This document shows positions 61,711 through 64,000 of a stretch of DNA of 64,000 nucleotides, one piece after another. The notes beneath the pieces were generated by a model. The model searched no databases. It saw only the letters and a list, made by a program, of their open reading frames with translations, and was not told where the DNA came from. This DNA is from Amoebophrya sp. A120 (taxonomy: Eukaryota > Protista > Dinoflagellata), in the NCBI GenBank assembly GCA_905178155.1, contig CAJINV010000008.1, positions 2,467,207-2,531,206 on the forward strand. Reading direction: 5' to 3'. How positions within the stretch are numbered: the stretch's first letter is position 1; every line of letters starts with the position of its first letter. The position numbers and the translations under genes were made by a program.

Positions 61711-62768
61711 CAGTGCGCTAATCCGGAACAGCGGATTTGAGATGCGCCTGGACTAGCTACGCACGACTGCACCGCAACTACATAGCCGAACTCGATAGAT
61801 GTCTCGCGTGACTTAGATTTTCGAAATTTCTGGAGTTGTGTACGAAATTAAGTCTCCTTTTTTGGAGAAAGTGCTATCCTTGTCGGAGGAGGTGATCGCG
61901 CCTCACTCACCATCGTTAATATGGACACAACATCGGGACGTTTTCACTGAGCATAGCTGTCGTCCGAGTCGCCCTCCTCGCGCATTCAGGGAGATCAAGA
62001 AATTTCAAACCCCCAGCTGATCTCCCTGTCTGTCGCTTCCAGGAGATCTCCCTGTCCGACTAGGCTTTCGGTGTCGGATTCAGCGCCGATGTCGAGCACA
62101 ACTGAGTTGCCCTCGACGTCGTGCAGTTGATCGAGGACATCACGAACCATGGCGGAAGTGCAACAGCCACGAGCTGCATGCGTGCCCGCTGGGATCTGTC
62201 GTGCGTCTTTCAATGAAAGACGCGTGACAGATCCAAACTTTTAAGATCTCCCAGGCACACAAAATCCAGGCACACAGATTGCCCGCGCCGCCACTGTTGC
62301 AGACATCGCACAAGGAGCGGGCCCGCCAAATCGATCTTGCGCCCCTCGGGTGAACCCGCAGACGGCGGAGCCGCGTACCTAGAGATTCCACGCGCCTAAC
62401 ATTTAGGCGCCCCTCCGAGGTTATTGTGGCCCCGCCCGAGGATGAGGCATCTTCGAGATCGAGATGCGTGCCCGAAGGGTGCGCACAAAATCGAATCTAT
62501 CCGCGGGTACTCACAAAATCGATTTTGTGAGCACCGCCCGCCGGAATATGACAACCCGGCGTCCTCAAATTGCGACAGGTTTGTCGCGCACAAAGACACG
62601 GGAGTTGAGGCAGTTGCCTCAACTCCAAAATTCCCAGGCTTTCAGACTTTTCAAGAGTAGCTTACGCGCCACTTATTTTGAACTTACACGCCCGATATCT
62701 TAACAGCCTGGCAAGCTTTAAAATGGTATCCTTGTCGGAGGTGATCGCGCCTTATTATATATAACTCC

Positions 62769-64000
62769 TATTGCTGAGCGGTGTGAGTTAAAATTTTGCG
62801 ACGGGGAGGAAAATCGTCCACGCCGAAAATTTTTTGACAATTTTCAAACTTTCCAAAGCTGTCGCGATTTGCGAGATCGCTCACCGCCCAACGGCCAACG
62901 GCAGCCGGCCAAATCGCAAACGGCCAACGGCCAACGGTTAACGGCCAAATCGCAAACGGCCAACGGTTAACGGCCAAATCGCAAACGGCCAACGGCCAAA
63001 TCGCAAACGGCCAACGGCCAGCGGTCATATCGCAAACGGCCAGCGGCCATGCCGCAACTCGCAAAATAGTTTGCAACGCGACGCCAAGTATTCTGTAGCT
63101 TCAAAGATTTTGCGACAGACTCAAAATAATTCGCGAGTCCAAATATTTTGCAACGCAAAAAGTGTCTCAATGAGCTGCGCGCGTTAAAACTTTGCGACGG
63201 GGAGGAAAATCGCCCACGCCGGCAATTTTTTGAAAGTTTTGAAACTTTCCAAAGCTGTCGCGATTTGCGAAATCGCTCACCGCCCAACGGCCAACGGCAA
63301 CCGGCCAAATCGCAAACGGCCAACGGCCAAATCGCACACGGCCAATGGCCAACGGCCAAATCGCAAACGGCCAATGGCCAGCGGCCAAATCACAAACGGC
63401 CGCCGCTTAGCGGCCAAATCGCAAACGGCCAACGGTTAACGGCCACCGGCCAAATCGCAAACGGCCAACGGCCAGCGGTCAAATCGCAAACGGCCAGCGG
63501 CCAAGCCGCAACTCGCGAAATATTTTGCAACTCCAAACATTCTGTAGCTTCAGAGATTTTGCGACAGAAAAAAAATACTCCGCAAGTCCAAACATTTTGC
63601 ACAGCATAACACTTCTCAACCCAAAACATTTCGCGACTCCAGAGATTCTGTAGCTTCAAAGATTTTGCGACTCAGAATATTTCGCAAGTCCAAATATTTT
63701 GCAACGCAAAACATTTCTCAACCCAAAGCATTTCGCAACTCCAAACATTTTGCAGCTTCAAATATTCTATCGCCAACGGGAAACGGCCAACGGGAAGCGG
63801 CCAACGGGAAACGGCCAACGGGAAACGGCCAACGGGAAACGGCCAACGGGAAACGGCCAACGGGAAGCGGCCAACGGGAAACGGCCAACTGGAAACGGCC
63901 AACGGGAACCGGCCAACGGGAACCGGCCACCGGGAAACGGCCAACGGGAAACGTACGGCCAACGGGAAACATACGGCCAACGGGAAACGGCCAACGGGAA
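62769..64000. repeat. Complex hierarchical satellite running off the window end
   Basis: About 396-bp higher-order units (GTTAAAA.TTTGCGACGGGGAGGAAAATCG at about 62787 and 63183) contain ACGGCCA/AATCGCAA subrepeats. TTCTGTAGCTTCA spacers recur, and a 14-bp tandem GCCAACGGGAAACG begins at about 63772. Confidence 0.92.

Noticed and set aside
62768-63994. RWPFAIWP / RWPFPVG repeat proteins
   Set aside because: They are stop-poor translations of tandem repeats with non-triplet periods, open in several frames.

Overview
This is eukaryotic genomic DNA in which every supportable gene lies on the minus strand. Recognisable genes are a spliceosomal SmD1, an axonemal (DNAH6-like) dynein heavy chain of roughly 6,900 aa, a tandem small-GTPase protein and a long gene ending in a Cdc25/Acr2-type rhodanese domain. 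Several hypothetical multi-exon genes are also present. The dominant signal is a class of transposon-like introns. At least 16 inserts begin TAT and end ATA, most carry terminal inverted repeats, and 7 have a perfect 5-bp target-site duplication. They interrupt coding exons, the frame is restored when they are removed, and most lack GT-AG ends. Three copies of one family are exactly 262 bp and occur in both orientations relative to the host transcript. A 3,128-bp giant insert (6518-9645, duplication AGGTA) follows the same end rules and is filled with hairpin and palindrome arrays. This architecture resembles, from recollection and not a database search, the non-canonical intron/introner genomes of the parasitic dinoflagellate Amoebophrya. 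All splice junctions were inferred by hand from frame and protein motifs and need RNA confirmation.
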